This document shows positions 1-9,967 of a stretch of 64,000 bases of DNA, one piece after another; the stretch's first letter is position 1; each line of letters begins with the position of its first letter. The notes below the pieces were generated by a model that did not search any database, was not told where the DNA came from, and saw only the letters and a list, made by a program, of their open reading frames with translations. This DNA comes from a phage: the sequence record PZ445530.1, one strand, 5' to 3'. Both the position numbers and the translations under genes were made by a program.

Positions 1-1034
1 GGACACTCGTAATGCTTACAGGTCCATCAGGTGGCGGTAAAACAACCGTAGCTAAAAAACTGGAACACTGTATTGCAAGATACCTAATGGACCCGACATG
101 CCCGAAGGCTGATGACTATGAAGAGGATGATCGTCTATGTATGATCCATCTTGAGGAGGACCCAGAGGAAGCAATTAACTCCTTGTATGCAAACCAGTTA
201 GGGTTTGATGTTAAAGAGTTTGTTGAAGATCCTAGCCAGTTTTTAACTGATCAAGAACACGCAGAGATTCACCAATCATGGGCAAAAGCTGGAAAAATCA
301 AAGTGTTCAAACATTTCGGGTCTATTCCGGTGGATGAGTTGATTACCAAGCTTAAGCAAATGGTTTGCCTGTACCATTGCCGTTATATTGTGCTGGATCA
401 CCTGTCCATGGTAATTTCAGGGCTTAATGTTAAGGATGAGCGAAAAGAACTGGACATGGCTATGACTCAGCTGGCTGCGTTTTGTAAGCAGTTTAACGTG
501 TTTATCTTGGTGATCGCTCACCTCAAACGTACAGAGATTGTGCCTCCTAAGGACAAGGATGGTAACCCGTTACCTTTCTGGTATCCTGTGCGAAAAGAGA
601 ATTTGCGAGGATCGGCGGGGCTTGAACAGTTGAGTTGGGTAGTCATAGGTGTCGAGGCCGAAGAAATGGTGGATCGTTCTCGTGGACGTGTCCGTCTGGT
701 AGGTCTTAAAAACCGTCCAGCAAAAACTCTAGGTATTGCTGACACTTTGGTTATGGACCCGCACACAGGTAAGTTCCATGATGCCAGTAATTGGTACTGG
801 GACAAAGAAATGCAAATGTTTACAGACGGAGAAGGTGGGGAGGTTGTTTGGAGACCTCAGGCTATGTTTGAGGATCAGGAGCATGCAGTTGTAGAAACAC
901 CTATGGGCAAGGTTGTGGCTGATAAGGTTGTAACTCCTACTGTTAAGCCTGTTGACACGCAGGAAGACCTCCAGTACGATGATCCGTCCTCTGACCATGT
1001 TCCTGGTTTTGAGGATGATGAAACACCTTTTTAA
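1..1034 (+). CDS. DnaB-family replicative helicase (C-terminal part of primase-helicase), 5' end cut by window edge
   Basis: Reading frame open to position 1; Walker A GPSGGGKT near start; acidic C-terminal tail ending GFEDDETPF. Confidence 0.7.
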   Translation, partial: TLVMLTGPSGGGKTTVAKKLEHCIARYLMDPTCPKADDYEEDDRLCMIHLEEDPEEAINSLYANQLGFDVKEFVEDPSQFLTDQEHAEIHQSWAKAGKIKVFKHFGSIPVDELITKLKQMVCLYHCRYIVLDHLSMVISGLNVKDERKELDMAMTQLAAFCKQFNVFILVIAHLKRTEIVPPKDKDGNPLPFWYPVRKENLRGSAGLEQLSWVVIGVEAEEMVDRSRGRVRLVGLKNRPAKTLGIADTLVMDPHTGKFHDASNWYWDKEMQMFTDGEGGEVVWRPQAMFEDQEHAVVETPMGKVVADKVVTPTVKPVDTQEDLQYDDPSSDHVPGFEDDETPF

Positions 1035-1092
1035 TGTTTAACAAAGAGTGGGAGGGGTAGTACAACCGCCTCCCCTTTAAGGAGAACTGTAT

Positions 1093-3516
1093 ATGAGCAT
1101 GTGGTCGTTCGATTTTGAGTCATCCGGTTTGCTGGAAGACCCAGATCTTTATTATCACTGCGGCCTGTTTAAAGAGCTGAATAAGAACCGTTTTATGCTG
1201 TTCCTTCCTCTGAATGACCGCACACACTACTCCGAGGAGGATATAGAGAAGGCCAAGAACTTTATTCTGGCAAAGAAAACTCTTTATAAGGATTTTGAAG
1301 TTCGCATAGCAGATTTTTCGGAGTTGGAAGGTTGGCTTACAGGAAATTCCGACTGGTCACCAACAGCTTTGAACTGCCATAACTGCTACAGTTATGACTT
1401 TATGCTGATGGAGAGATTATCCGGTATTCATTTTGATATGTTCCGTGATCCTAAATGTATGGGGACTATCAACGACCACCAGGTTAACCTGTTTGATACG
1501 TTGGCGATGAGCCGAATCTTGTGGCCTGATCGCCCTTTACCAAAAGGTTGTCCGGACTCCGTATTCAACCCGGTTACTAAGAAAATGCAGCCTGTTGGTC
1601 CTCACGGCCTTATGGCATGGGGCTACGCCCTTGGTAACCAGAAAGTTCAAATTGATGATTGGCGCGATCTTCCGTTGTGGAAGTATGTGGATCGTGTATT
1701 CGAGGACGTTATCATCCAGGAGCTACTCTGGAAAGAGCTGGTAGCGGAATCAAAAGGTGTATTCTACGGCAAATCTGACATGCAGAACTTTATGTACGAT
1801 CCTGCCAAAGAGAAGCCGAAAGGGTTCAAGAAGATCACCTGGAAGAACGCATTGCGCCGGGGTATGCTGCAACACTTCCTGATGGAGCTGCAGGCCCGTC
1901 AGGGTGTGTATTTTGACATAGATGGAGCTATTGCTTTACGTGACCGTTGCGATGCGTGGATGAAAGAAATCGCTGATCGTGTTGAACCACAACTGCCTTT
2001 AAAAGAGCTGTCAATGTCTCAGCGGCCCAAGTTCCCTGAAAAGCCGTTTAACCAAGATGGGACAATCTCTAATAATGGTTGGAAATGGTTAAAAGATAAG
2101 CTTGGCTATCCTGTGGACATGAGTGCTTTAGAGTTCAAAGCCCCACCTAAGCGAGCATTTACCTCTACAGGAGATGTCAGTAAGATGGGGATAAAATGGT
2201 GTGAAGAGATGGGCTGCAAAGACCACGATAAGATGGCTGATTTCTTGAGAGGCTATATTAAGGGCACCTCCACACCACAACCTTTACCTAAAGAGCTGAT
2301 GGATCAGGCAATAAGCGATCTGCAGCAGAAGCGAATGCCTGACTGCAAGATACCTATGAAAATCAGCAATCAGGACGATATTAAGCGATACCTGATCAGT
2401 GCTGGTTGGCTTCCGACAATGTGGAGAACTAAGGATGTAACTAAAGACAGCAAGAAGAAAGCTTTACCTGATGCAGATGTTGATGCACGAGTATATGCAT
2501 ATATGGACGAGCTTTTGGAGTCAGAGTATTGTGACCTAATTATCAACTTCTGGAACAAAACTGATGCTAAGTTCCAGACAACCGTGCACAAGTTCCGAAG
2601 CTTTCCTAACTCCGAAAGGATTAAAAAGGAAGTATTCGGGAAAATACGTAGAAAAGCTAGGGCACTTATTACTTCTCCGCAACTGAAAGATACGTTTGGA
2701 CACCTGTGTCCGAATCTTGAAAAATTGAACGGAGAGATGGCTAAAGATATCGTCTTATGGTTATCATTGCGAAACCGCAGATCGGTACTTGATCCAATCA
2801 AGGAGGATAAGGTTGACACTGGTCTTCTTAATCACCCACGTTTGAAGATTGACCATAAGCTTCCTGCTAAAAGCTCTGGATTAACAAACACTTCCAGACA
2901 GAAACACAGTATTTGTGCAAACATGCCTAAACCCTCTCCTAAAGTGGTTATGGGTAAAGAGATGCGTAGCTTGTGGGGTGTTCCTCCAGGATACTTTGAG
3001 ATCGGTATCGACGGGTCCAACTTAGAGCAGCTTATCGGGGCTTGGGGTGCCTTTGAGTTCGACAACGGCCTGTATTACGATGTTGTAAGTAACGGAGACG
3101 CACACCAAAACAATGCTGAGGCATATACAAAAGTAGCAGGCAGAGAGGTGTCCCGTAACGACGGTAAACCTATCACGTATGGGGTTATGTACGGGGCACA
3201 AAAAGATAAAGTTGCAGATATGCTGGACATCTCTCCAGAGTTGGGACAAAGGGTAATCGATGCGCTTTGGGATGCCAACCCTGGTCTTAAGGGCCGTAAA
3301 GAGGATCTGGAGAAATTCTGGGAAGCAACGGGTAAGAAGTTTATCTACTCTTTTGATGGTCATGCCATCTGGACCCGATCTAAACACTCTTTACTTAATG
3401 CATACCAACAGAATGGTGGTGCATCGCTGTGTGACTTGGTTGGGATACTTATGCACCACCAAATGGTGAAGCGTGGGTGGTACGATGAAGGTGTTCGTCG
3501 TATTATCTATTACCAT
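1093..3516 (+). CDS. DNA polymerase family A, exon 1 (3'-5' exonuclease + polymerase motifs A/B)
   Basis: Exo I-like FDFESSG at N-terminus; motif A-like GIDGSNLEQL; motif B-like KPITYGVMYG; ORF stops shortly after, before motif C; SD ggagaa upstream. Confidence 0.8.
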
Positions 3517-4358
3517 AAATAACATTGTGGCTTCGTGCAGTGATGCACGTCGAAAACCTCTTTAATTGACGGGAAGGCTAAGTTGACTTTTACACCTAAA
3601 CATGGTAAAAGCTCAATATGCTAATCCGCAGCGAAGACTAAAGGGGTGTAGTTAAAATGGCTAGATCAGTTGAGTATCACGGATATACCGTGTTTGATGA
3701 TGGAACAATACCTTTATCGAAACGTGATCATACAACAATGTTTTGTTTTGATAATGGTCGAGGTTACCTTTGCGTAACCATGTTCATCGAGGGGAAGCAG
3801 TGCACAAAAGGTGTCCACCACTTGGTTGCTGAATGCTTTGTATCAAACCCTGATCCTGAAAGGCTCACATGGGTGAACCATAAGGACGGAAACAAATACA
3901 ACAATGCATACTGGAACCTTGAATGGACCACCCCTGGTGGAAATATCAAACACGCTTATGATAATGACCTCAGAGTAAGGCCAGTCGGTGAGTATAATGC
4001 CAACGCTGTACTGACCGAGGATGAGGTAACGGAGATTTGCGAACTGTTACAAAGTGGTTTACGACAATGCGAGATTAGGGATCTTGGGTATCCTTATGAG
4101 ACGGTCAGAGCCATAAAGCAAAGAAGACAGTGGAAACATATCTCTAAAAACTACACCTGGTAGTAACGTTCAGAGACTATCGAAAGCATAGCGCCAACAT
4201 AAATTGGTGCGAAGAAGCGAGTAGAGTAGACCAGCAAGTGCGGTCGAAATGGGAGGTGCCTTGGTAACAAGGTAGTGAGATAGTCCGATCCATACAGGAA
4301 ACTGTATGGCTGTGCACGTAATGGTGCGGGGTAGCTTAACGACCTACCTGAACTATTG
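3517..4358 (+). mobile_element. Group I self-splicing intron in DNA polymerase gene, carrying HNH homing endonuclease ORF
   Basis: P-like aattgacgggaagg 3564-3577, Q taatccgcagcgaag 3622-3636, R gttcagagacta 4168-4179, S gagatagtcc 4277-4286; exon 1 ends in U (3516), intron ends in G (4358); joining 3516 to 4359 restores pol motif C (YHDEYQ). Confidence 0.7.
3657..4163 (+). CDS. HNH homing endonuclease (intron-encoded)
   Basis: HNH_3-like VNHKDGNKYNNAYWNLEW motif; sits between intron Q and R elements; SD aaagggg upstream. Confidence 0.8.
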   Translation: MARSVEYHGYTVFDDGTIPLSKRDHTTMFCFDNGRGYLCVTMFIEGKQCTKGVHHLVAECFVSNPDPERLTWVNHKDGNKYNNAYWNLEWTTPGGNIKHAYDNDLRVRPVGEYNANAVLTEDEVTEICELLQSGLRQCEIRDLGYPYETVRAIKQRRQWKHISKNYTW

Positions 4359-4712
4359 GATGAGTACCAACTTCAAGTCCCTGACACACCGAAGTATAAG
4401 ACTGTGTACACCTTCGACACAATTGAAGAATTGGAAGCATTTAAGGCAGAGCAGGAGGCCAAACTTCATGTGTTCGACGGTCATAAGTACAAAAAGGCAC
4501 GCAAGGATGAAAACGGAAACGAAGTGGTTGACAGAGACGGAAACACGGTGTACGATCCTATCTTGAACGATGACGGAAAGCTTGAACTTATCTGGAGTCC
4601 TGTGGGCGAAATGGTGGTACATTGCTTCTGGCAAGCTTCTAAAATGATGGGAGTCCCGTTCCAGATCACAGGTGAATACTTGTGTGGTCGTAATTGGGGT
4701 GATTGTCACTAA
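4359..4712 (+). CDS. DNA polymerase family A, exon 2 (motif C and C-terminus)
   Basis: In-frame continuation after intron; begins DEYQLQV giving HDE motif C at splice junction; ends with terminal His as in family A polymerases; no SD or ATG of its own. Confidence 0.65.
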   Translation, partial: DEYQLQVPDTPKYKTVYTFDTIEELEAFKAEQEAKLHVFDGHKYKKARKDENGNEVVDRDGNTVYDPILNDDGKLELIWSPVGEMVVHCFWQASKMMGVPFQITGEYLCGRNWGDCH

Positions 4713-4761
4713 TGTAAACTATCAACACATGGAAGTGTTGTTGAGCAAAGAGGAGACTTTT

Positions 4762-5046
4762 ATGGTAGTAGAACCAACAAAAACATTTACATCTATGACT
4801 ATCCCTGTTATTATGCAGGTGGAGTGTGTTCAGGTATCTCAAGTGTGGCCTGGTACCAAAATCCCAACAGGGCCTGATTTCTTTCAGGTTGGGAAAGTGT
4901 ACAATGTCTGGAAGGCACCAGATTGTTACCCTTTCATCAAAGATGACCGTGGAATGTTGTGGTATCTTGGAAATGATTTGACACTGCACCTTGGGAATGT
5001 TATTATTGCAGTATTCAGACTTAACAAGAAGGAGACCGATCAATGA
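4762..5046 (+). CDS. hypothetical protein
   Basis: ORF with SD agaggag 7 nt before ATG 4762. Confidence 0.45.
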   Translation: MVVEPTKTFTSMTIPVIMQVECVQVSQVWPGTKIPTGPDFFQVGKVYNVWKAPDCYPFIKDDRGMLWYLGNDLTLHLGNVIIAVFRLNKKETDQ

Positions 5047-5270
5047 CAACTTTGGTTAAAGCTACTTTTGTAGAAGAAAAGATGACAGACCTGTCATTCT
5101 TTAAAGAAGGAAAGACCTACGAGGTTTATTACGATAAAAATCGTGCAAACAAGATGATTAAAGACGAGGAAGGGATTGCCTGGTTTATCTCCCATCTGGC
5201 AAACGGTGAGTATCATATCTACGGAACCACCCTGCTTGCCAAGTTTGTAGCTGTAGAAGAGGACCTATGA
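5043..5270 (+). CDS. hypothetical protein
   Basis: ORF with SD aaggag; start overlaps upstream stop (ATGA). Confidence 0.5.
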   Translation: MTTLVKATFVEEKMTDLSFFKEGKTYEVYYDKNRANKMIKDEEGIAWFISHLANGEYHIYGTTLLAKFVAVEEDL

Positions 5271-5461
5271 AAGTAAAGTATCTTGCTGAAGGTATGAGTA
5301 GGTATTTTACCCTTGGCGAAGAATATTGGCCCTTTACAAGCAACGGCGATGTCTACGTGAAAGATAATTTCGGAACGCCGTGGTTTCTGCACTCTAATGG
5401 GCTGGGATACTCCATTTACTGCGGTGCAGTGAACAACACAACTCTTGCAGAGTTCGTTTAG
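5267..5461 (+). CDS. hypothetical protein
   Basis: ORF, start overlaps upstream stop. Confidence 0.45.
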   Translation: MKVKYLAEGMSRYFTLGEEYWPFTSNGDVYVKDNFGTPWFLHSNGLGYSIYCGAVNNTTLAEFV

Positions 5462-5471
5462 AGGAGGTAGG

Positions 5472-5843
5472 ATGTTAGTAAAAGGTACCCACACAGTCAA
5501 ACAACGTATTGAAGTTGAGATTGATGATTGTGAGCTGAAGCATATTCTACGGTCATGTTCTAACGTTTTGCTCCTTAGCATTCTCCAAGAGCGAGCGGAG
5601 AACGAGTTCTTAAATGCATTGGCAGGCCGTCCGGGTGACTTTTGTGTGCGTAAGCGTGGTGACAACAAGTCATGGCTGTGGGAAATCGATGCCGACTGGG
5701 ATTACCACAAAAATGAGGGTATAGATGAGCCTATTCGTGAACTGACGGACAAAGAGATTCAGATGTACAATGAAGTTTGTCATTGGGCAACACGCCAACA
5801 AATTTACCTCGACCCTGTGTGGCTGATTGAAAATAGCCATTGA
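5472..5843 (+). CDS. hypothetical protein
   Basis: ORF; SD gaggagg before ATG 5472. Confidence 0.5.
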   Translation: MLVKGTHTVKQRIEVEIDDCELKHILRSCSNVLLLSILQERAENEFLNALAGRPGDFCVRKRGDNKSWLWEIDADWDYHKNEGIDEPIRELTDKEIQMYNEVCHWATRQQIYLDPVWLIENSH

Positions 5844-5919
5844 CAAGAAGTAAGATTAGATATAAGATGCTTCACACAAACAGATCGGTGATTTTTAAAT
5901 AACTAAGGAGACTGCCAAG

Positions 5920-6174
5920 ATGAAAATTACTTTGAAGCCAGATTGCGTTGCAAATGACCGAGCTTTTAAAGATTGCCCAGTCGGTGCAATTTATGAAGCA
6001 GAGTTTTGTGAGAACCCTCTGGTAAAAGCCCTTCTGGAAGAAGGGGCCCCTTTATCACAAGAAGAGATCGATGAGCTGGAAAACTCAGCACAGTGCCTTA
6101 CCTTTAAAGATGATGAAGGAGACTCTGTCTGGTGCACTGTTAATGAAGTCGTTTTTGTAAAACCTGAACATTAA
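5920..6174 (+). CDS. hypothetical protein (member of tandem paralog pair)
   Basis: SD aaggag; shares KPD..D.AF.DC and KDD.GD.V.CT motifs with next gene. Confidence 0.5.
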   Translation: MKITLKPDCVANDRAFKDCPVGAIYEAEFCENPLVKALLEEGAPLSQEEIDELENSAQCLTFKDDEGDSVWCTVNEVVFVKPEH

Positions 6175-6237
6175 TACTTGACAACAGCGATAGGACCTAG
6201 TACAATGGTCCTATCAAAACGAAAGGGGACCACAACA

Positions 6238-6510
6238 ATGACCAAACAATACCAACGAATTAAAGCCAAGGTTAAGCCAGACTATCTGGAGAAGGACTCT
6301 GCTTTTCGGGACTGCACAGCTGACAAAGTTTATACAGGGGCCGTCCTGTTGAACGATGAACTTGAAGTAGATATTCTGGGTAAAGAGGCAACTATTAAGG
6401 ACGACCAAGGCGATTATGTTTGCTGCACCACACGTGAGCTAGAAATCTTAGAATACTTCGGTGAAATCTTCACCTCTCTTGATGATTACTTAGATGATGA
6501 GGAAGCGTGA
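6238..6510 (+). CDS. hypothetical protein (paralog of 5920..6174)
   Basis: SD aaagggg before ATG 6238; motif similarity to upstream gene. Confidence 0.5.
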   Translation: MTKQYQRIKAKVKPDYLEKDSAFRDCTADKVYTGAVLLNDELEVDILGKEATIKDDQGDYVCCTTRELEILEYFGEIFTSLDDYLDDEEA

Positions 6511-6899
6511 TGAAAAATATTTGGGATATCGATATCTTTGAAGCCTCTAAGCTTGATGGTGCTGATGGAGTGATTATGGTGTCTGATGGCAAGGCAACAC
6601 TAACTTCCGGAGATATCATCTATGCCTTGGACGAGCTGGCGCTTCTGAAATCTACCGGTAACACTTTGGAGGAGCGTCTTCAAGGATTCGCTTTCAAAGA
6701 AGGTACAAATACAGCCATGATGTGCACCACACGGACAGTTCAGGTTGGTAACGGTGTCTATATGATTATTGCTGTGTGTCCTAAATTCAGCAACGTCAAC
6801 AAAGATGATGCTGACGCGGTCAACGATGTGGTTGTTCTCTTCGTGGGTGACGCTATGGCAGATCTGATGAATGCAGGAGAAGCAGCAAATGAAGACTGA
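6507..6899 (+). CDS. hypothetical protein
   Basis: ORF, overlapping start/stop with neighbours. Confidence 0.5.
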   Translation: MMKNIWDIDIFEASKLDGADGVIMVSDGKATLTSGDIIYALDELALLKSTGNTLEERLQGFAFKEGTNTAMMCTTRTVQVGNGVYMIIAVCPKFSNVNKDDADAVNDVVVLFVGDAMADLMNAGEAANED

Positions 6900-7191
6900 A
6901 AACATCACCCCAGCAGGGTTCTTAAAAGTATACCGTGAACTGCTATATACTACAGAGGACAGTGTTCTAGAGTATCCAGAATATCTTTTGCTGTATAAGT
7001 ATCTGCAGGAGGCTGGTGAAAATCTGCCAGTTAGTGCAGAAGGTGGTCCAAACTGGATATACAGTGCATGGAGAAAGGTTGACATTCTCCCAGACCCAGG
7101 TAAAGATATGGTAGTTTGGCAGCTTATCAACAACATCGGGATTCCAATCTTTGATGAAGCTGTTAAAATCTATTTTGAACTTGACGATTAA
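6889..7191 (+). CDS. hypothetical protein
   Basis: ORF; SD gcaggag before ATG 6889. Confidence 0.45.
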   Translation: MKTENITPAGFLKVYRELLYTTEDSVLEYPEYLLLYKYLQEAGENLPVSAEGGPNWIYSAWRKVDILPDPGKDMVVWQLINNIGIPIFDEAVKIYFELDD

Positions 7192-7208
7192 TATCAGGAG
7201 ACCTTAAG

Positions 7209-7454
7209 ATGACTGAAGCAGTTGCTCGCGCAGGACAGAAAGTACGTTGTGTTGAAGTAGGTTTTGGTGGCAAAGGGTGTCAAAACTTGACTCAAGGTAA
7301 GGAATACGCTGTTATCTCTGGGGGCGGAGACGAAAGTATTGTGTTCGAGGGCCACATCCTGGATGCTGAAAACTTTGAAATCTTTGACGACGATGGGGAC
7401 CCGATCACCTGCCTGCTGGACGGGAATTGGGGAACTTTCGAAGTGATTGGCTAA
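7209..7454 (+). CDS. hypothetical protein
   Basis: ORF; SD caggag upstream. Confidence 0.5.
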   Translation: MTEAVARAGQKVRCVEVGFGGKGCQNLTQGKEYAVISGGGDESIVFEGHILDAENFEIFDDDGDPITCLLDGNWGTFEVIG

Positions 7455-7537
7455 CAAATACCTATTGTAATTTACAGAAGGGGATGCTAAAATAGTGTCT
7501 CCTTCTATGTTGTTCAAATAAAATCGGAGATTCCATA

Positions 7538-7906
7538 ATGGAACAAATGAACGATCAAGCGTCGGTTGCGATGAACGAGCAAGAACAACCTCAAGAATTT
7601 TTCTTAGGGTTAAGTAAAGATCAAGTGTCTCTTCTGCTAGTGCTTTCTTCTTTCATGGGAAGACTTCAGGAGCTCACACAACAGCCAGAGGCTGAACAAT
7701 TATTTCAGGCTCTGCGTGAAGAAGAAAAATATCGTCGTTTGGACTATGCCTTGGGTTGGGTAGCTCAACAACGAGATATGCTGATGGCCCTCTCTGGGAC
7801 CACAAGTTTTGCAATGGGCCTGTTGGCTCAAGTTCAGGACAAATTAATTCAAGCAGGGTTTGCACACACGGCAAACACTAACGAAGAACAAGGAGACAAA
7901 GAATGA
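7538..7906 (+). CDS. hypothetical protein
   Basis: ORF; SD cggag upstream. Confidence 0.5.
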   Translation: MEQMNDQASVAMNEQEQPQEFFLGLSKDQVSLLLVLSSFMGRLQELTQQPEAEQLFQALREEEKYRRLDYALGWVAQQRDMLMALSGTTSFAMGLLAQVQDKLIQAGFAHTANTNEEQGDKE

Positions 7907-9129
7907 GCGTTATTCAACAATTCGCTAACCCGATGAATCCGCGTGAAACTGTTTTACTGGCTCACGGCATGATTAAACGCGTCAGCATCAAGCCTATCAA
8001 AGGTGCTGATCCTACAACAGGTATTAAAACCACTGTGTGGCAAGGTAAGAAAATTGAGTCCAGCCACACCATCTCTTTACTGATTTCTGAACTGGATTCC
8101 TCTGATAACCTACTTCAAGGTGGTGAAGAAGTTTGGATCAGTATGGGCGATAAGCTGCTTAAACCGGGTCATCAAGACTCTGTCTCTGTTAAAATTGATG
8201 ACAAGTGGGAAACCGTAACGCCAGGATGGATCGTAAATATCCCTTTGAAGGCAAACGAGCATAACGGTAAGACCTACTACAAAGGCTCACTGGCTAAGAT
8301 GGTTAAGCTGGGTGCAGGAGAGGCTCCAGCAGCGACTCAGCAGCAAAAACAGCAACAAGGTGCACAATCACAAGGCCAGAAGCAGAAACCTCAGCAGAAT
8401 GCCAATCAGGACGTTTTACGCATCTATGGTGATGTGACTCAGATTGTTGGCAACGTGGTTACTGTTAATGACCACAAGATTGGCGAAGGTGCTATGGTTG
8501 TAACTGATGAGCAGCTTAAAGACCTGGTGGTAGGTGGTCGTGTTGCAGCCATTGTTGACAAAGACACCGGAAACATTATCAGTGGTTTCAAAGCCTATCC
8601 TCCTAAGGCAGAGAACGGTACTCAAGGCTCTGGTGGCAAGCGTAAATCCTCTTACGACCCTATCGGTGTGGAAACGGGGCATAGCATCAATGCGTTGCAA
8701 ATCATCCTGGATCGCGGGTTTAAGGTAGACGACCCACTAGGAGTGGCTAAAACACTACACGTAGTCACTATTGAGCTTAAGAAAGAGTATGCTCAAGCCA
8801 CCAACCGAACTGAAGATGAAGTAGGTGCCAGTGTCGGTAATGCGGTGTTGAACGCTTGTCGCCGTATTGACAAGAAAACGAAAGTTGATGATTTTGCAGC
8901 GGCAATTACTGCAGAAGCAAAAGATGTCTTGACTAATCTGGCTGAGCCGTTGTACGATTGGATCAAGAACGGTGCTGGGTCAACTGACCATCAAGAACCT
9001 CAGGCTGCCAAACAGGAAGCAGCTCCACAGCAAAACACTGTAGACGCTCCTCCTGTAAATGATGGGGAAGATGACCCGATGGATCAGAATCCAGCACAGT
9101 ACGCCTTTGATGATGACATCCCATTCTAA
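7903..9129 (+). CDS. Putative single-stranded DNA-binding protein
   Basis: C-terminus AFDDDIPF matches the acidic SSB tip (DDDIPF); Gln-rich linker; position in replication block. Confidence 0.5.
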   Translation: MSVIQQFANPMNPRETVLLAHGMIKRVSIKPIKGADPTTGIKTTVWQGKKIESSHTISLLISELDSSDNLLQGGEEVWISMGDKLLKPGHQDSVSVKIDDKWETVTPGWIVNIPLKANEHNGKTYYKGSLAKMVKLGAGEAPAATQQQKQQQGAQSQGQKQKPQQNANQDVLRIYGDVTQIVGNVVTVNDHKIGEGAMVVTDEQLKDLVVGGRVAAIVDKDTGNIISGFKAYPPKAENGTQGSGGKRKSSYDPIGVETGHSINALQIILDRGFKVDDPLGVAKTLHVVTIELKKEYAQATNRTEDEVGASVGNAVLNACRRIDKKTKVDDFAAAITAEAKDVLTNLAEPLYDWIKNGAGSTDHQEPQAAKQEAAPQQNTVDAPPVNDGEDDPMDQNPAQYAFDDDIPF

Positions 9130-9145
9130 CATCTAGTTAACATAG

Positions 9146-9173
9146 CCCTGCCCGAAAGGGTGGGGCATTTTTG
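9146..9173 (+). terminator. Intrinsic terminator-like hairpin
   Basis: ccctgccc-gaaa-gggtgggg stem with GNRA loop followed by cattttt. Confidence 0.5.
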
Positions 9174-9191
9174 TATAAGGAGATCTGAAAA

Positions 9192-9608
9192 ATGACATTA
9201 GAAGATATCATTGTTAAACCTGAGAACTATGACCAATACAACCTGTCAACTCAATCTGTAGACCTTGGATGCGCCACAGTTAGTGCGTGGCTGGTTAACG
9301 GAAAAGAGCTGGACAAGTGCTTAGAAGCTCACATGTCTGTTAACAAGTTTCTGGATGAAAATACTCACTGGCTGGAAGGTGCAGGCGTATATGCTTCATG
9401 GTTGGAGAGCATGGGCTTTGACTATCAATCTGATGAAGGGTGGTGGAGCTATCTAGCTATCTGTCCAGAAACACGGCAATGCTTCATGAAATACTCTGAA
9501 GATCTTGAGTACCGAGCGGTGGTTGATAGTGCTATTGCCCGTTATAGCCGTAAACCTTTTTCCCACGACATTAAAACTGTGGAAGAATTTGTTGAAGTTT
9601 TCTGTTGA
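9192..9608 (+). CDS. hypothetical protein
   Basis: ORF; SD aaggag upstream. Confidence 0.5.
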   Translation: MTLEDIIVKPENYDQYNLSTQSVDLGCATVSAWLVNGKELDKCLEAHMSVNKFLDENTHWLEGAGVYASWLESMGFDYQSDEGWWSYLAICPETRQCFMKYSEDLEYRAVVDSAIARYSRKPFSHDIKTVEEFVEVFC

Positions 9609-9704
9609 CACAGGTTGAAAGGTGTGCAATTATAACTTCATATAACGGGAGGACGCGATGAACGAAGAAAACTGGGATGTATAACTAACAGGAGGCCACT
9701 GCCC

Positions 9705-9902
9705 ATGATTTATCGAATCCGTGTAAGAGAAGATGCACCAGGCTGTTACTTTGACTGGCGTGGGTGGTGGTTTCTCCACCCAATGGATGGACTCACAGAT
9801 AGAATGCTGGATGCTGCCCTTTATACAGATACCGACATAGAATATAATCTCTATCTGAAGGACGGTATAGATAACGGTCTATTTGAAGCAATTCCTGTGT
9901 AA
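9705..9902 (+). CDS. hypothetical protein
   Basis: ORF; SD caggagg upstream. Confidence 0.45.
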   Translation: MIYRIRVREDAPGCYFDWRGWWFLHPMDGLTDRMLDAALYTDTDIEYNLYLKDGIDNGLFEAIPV

Positions 9903-9967
9903 GAGACTGTGATAGCCATGTTTTATGATCTTCCTGTAGCACCACCTGTTGAACCTAGAGAACTAAG

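Noticed and set aside
518-3469. Antisense and alternative-frame ORFs inside the helicase and polymerase genes (e.g. 518..805, 729..998, 2370..2819, 3022..3387)
   Set aside because: They lie fully within well-supported large genes, mostly on the opposite strand, without SDs; typical spurious ORFs.
4306-4566. 86-aa ORF overlapping the start of polymerase exon 2
   Set aside because: It starts within the intron 3' region in a different frame from the exon-2 reading frame that restores polymerase motif C.
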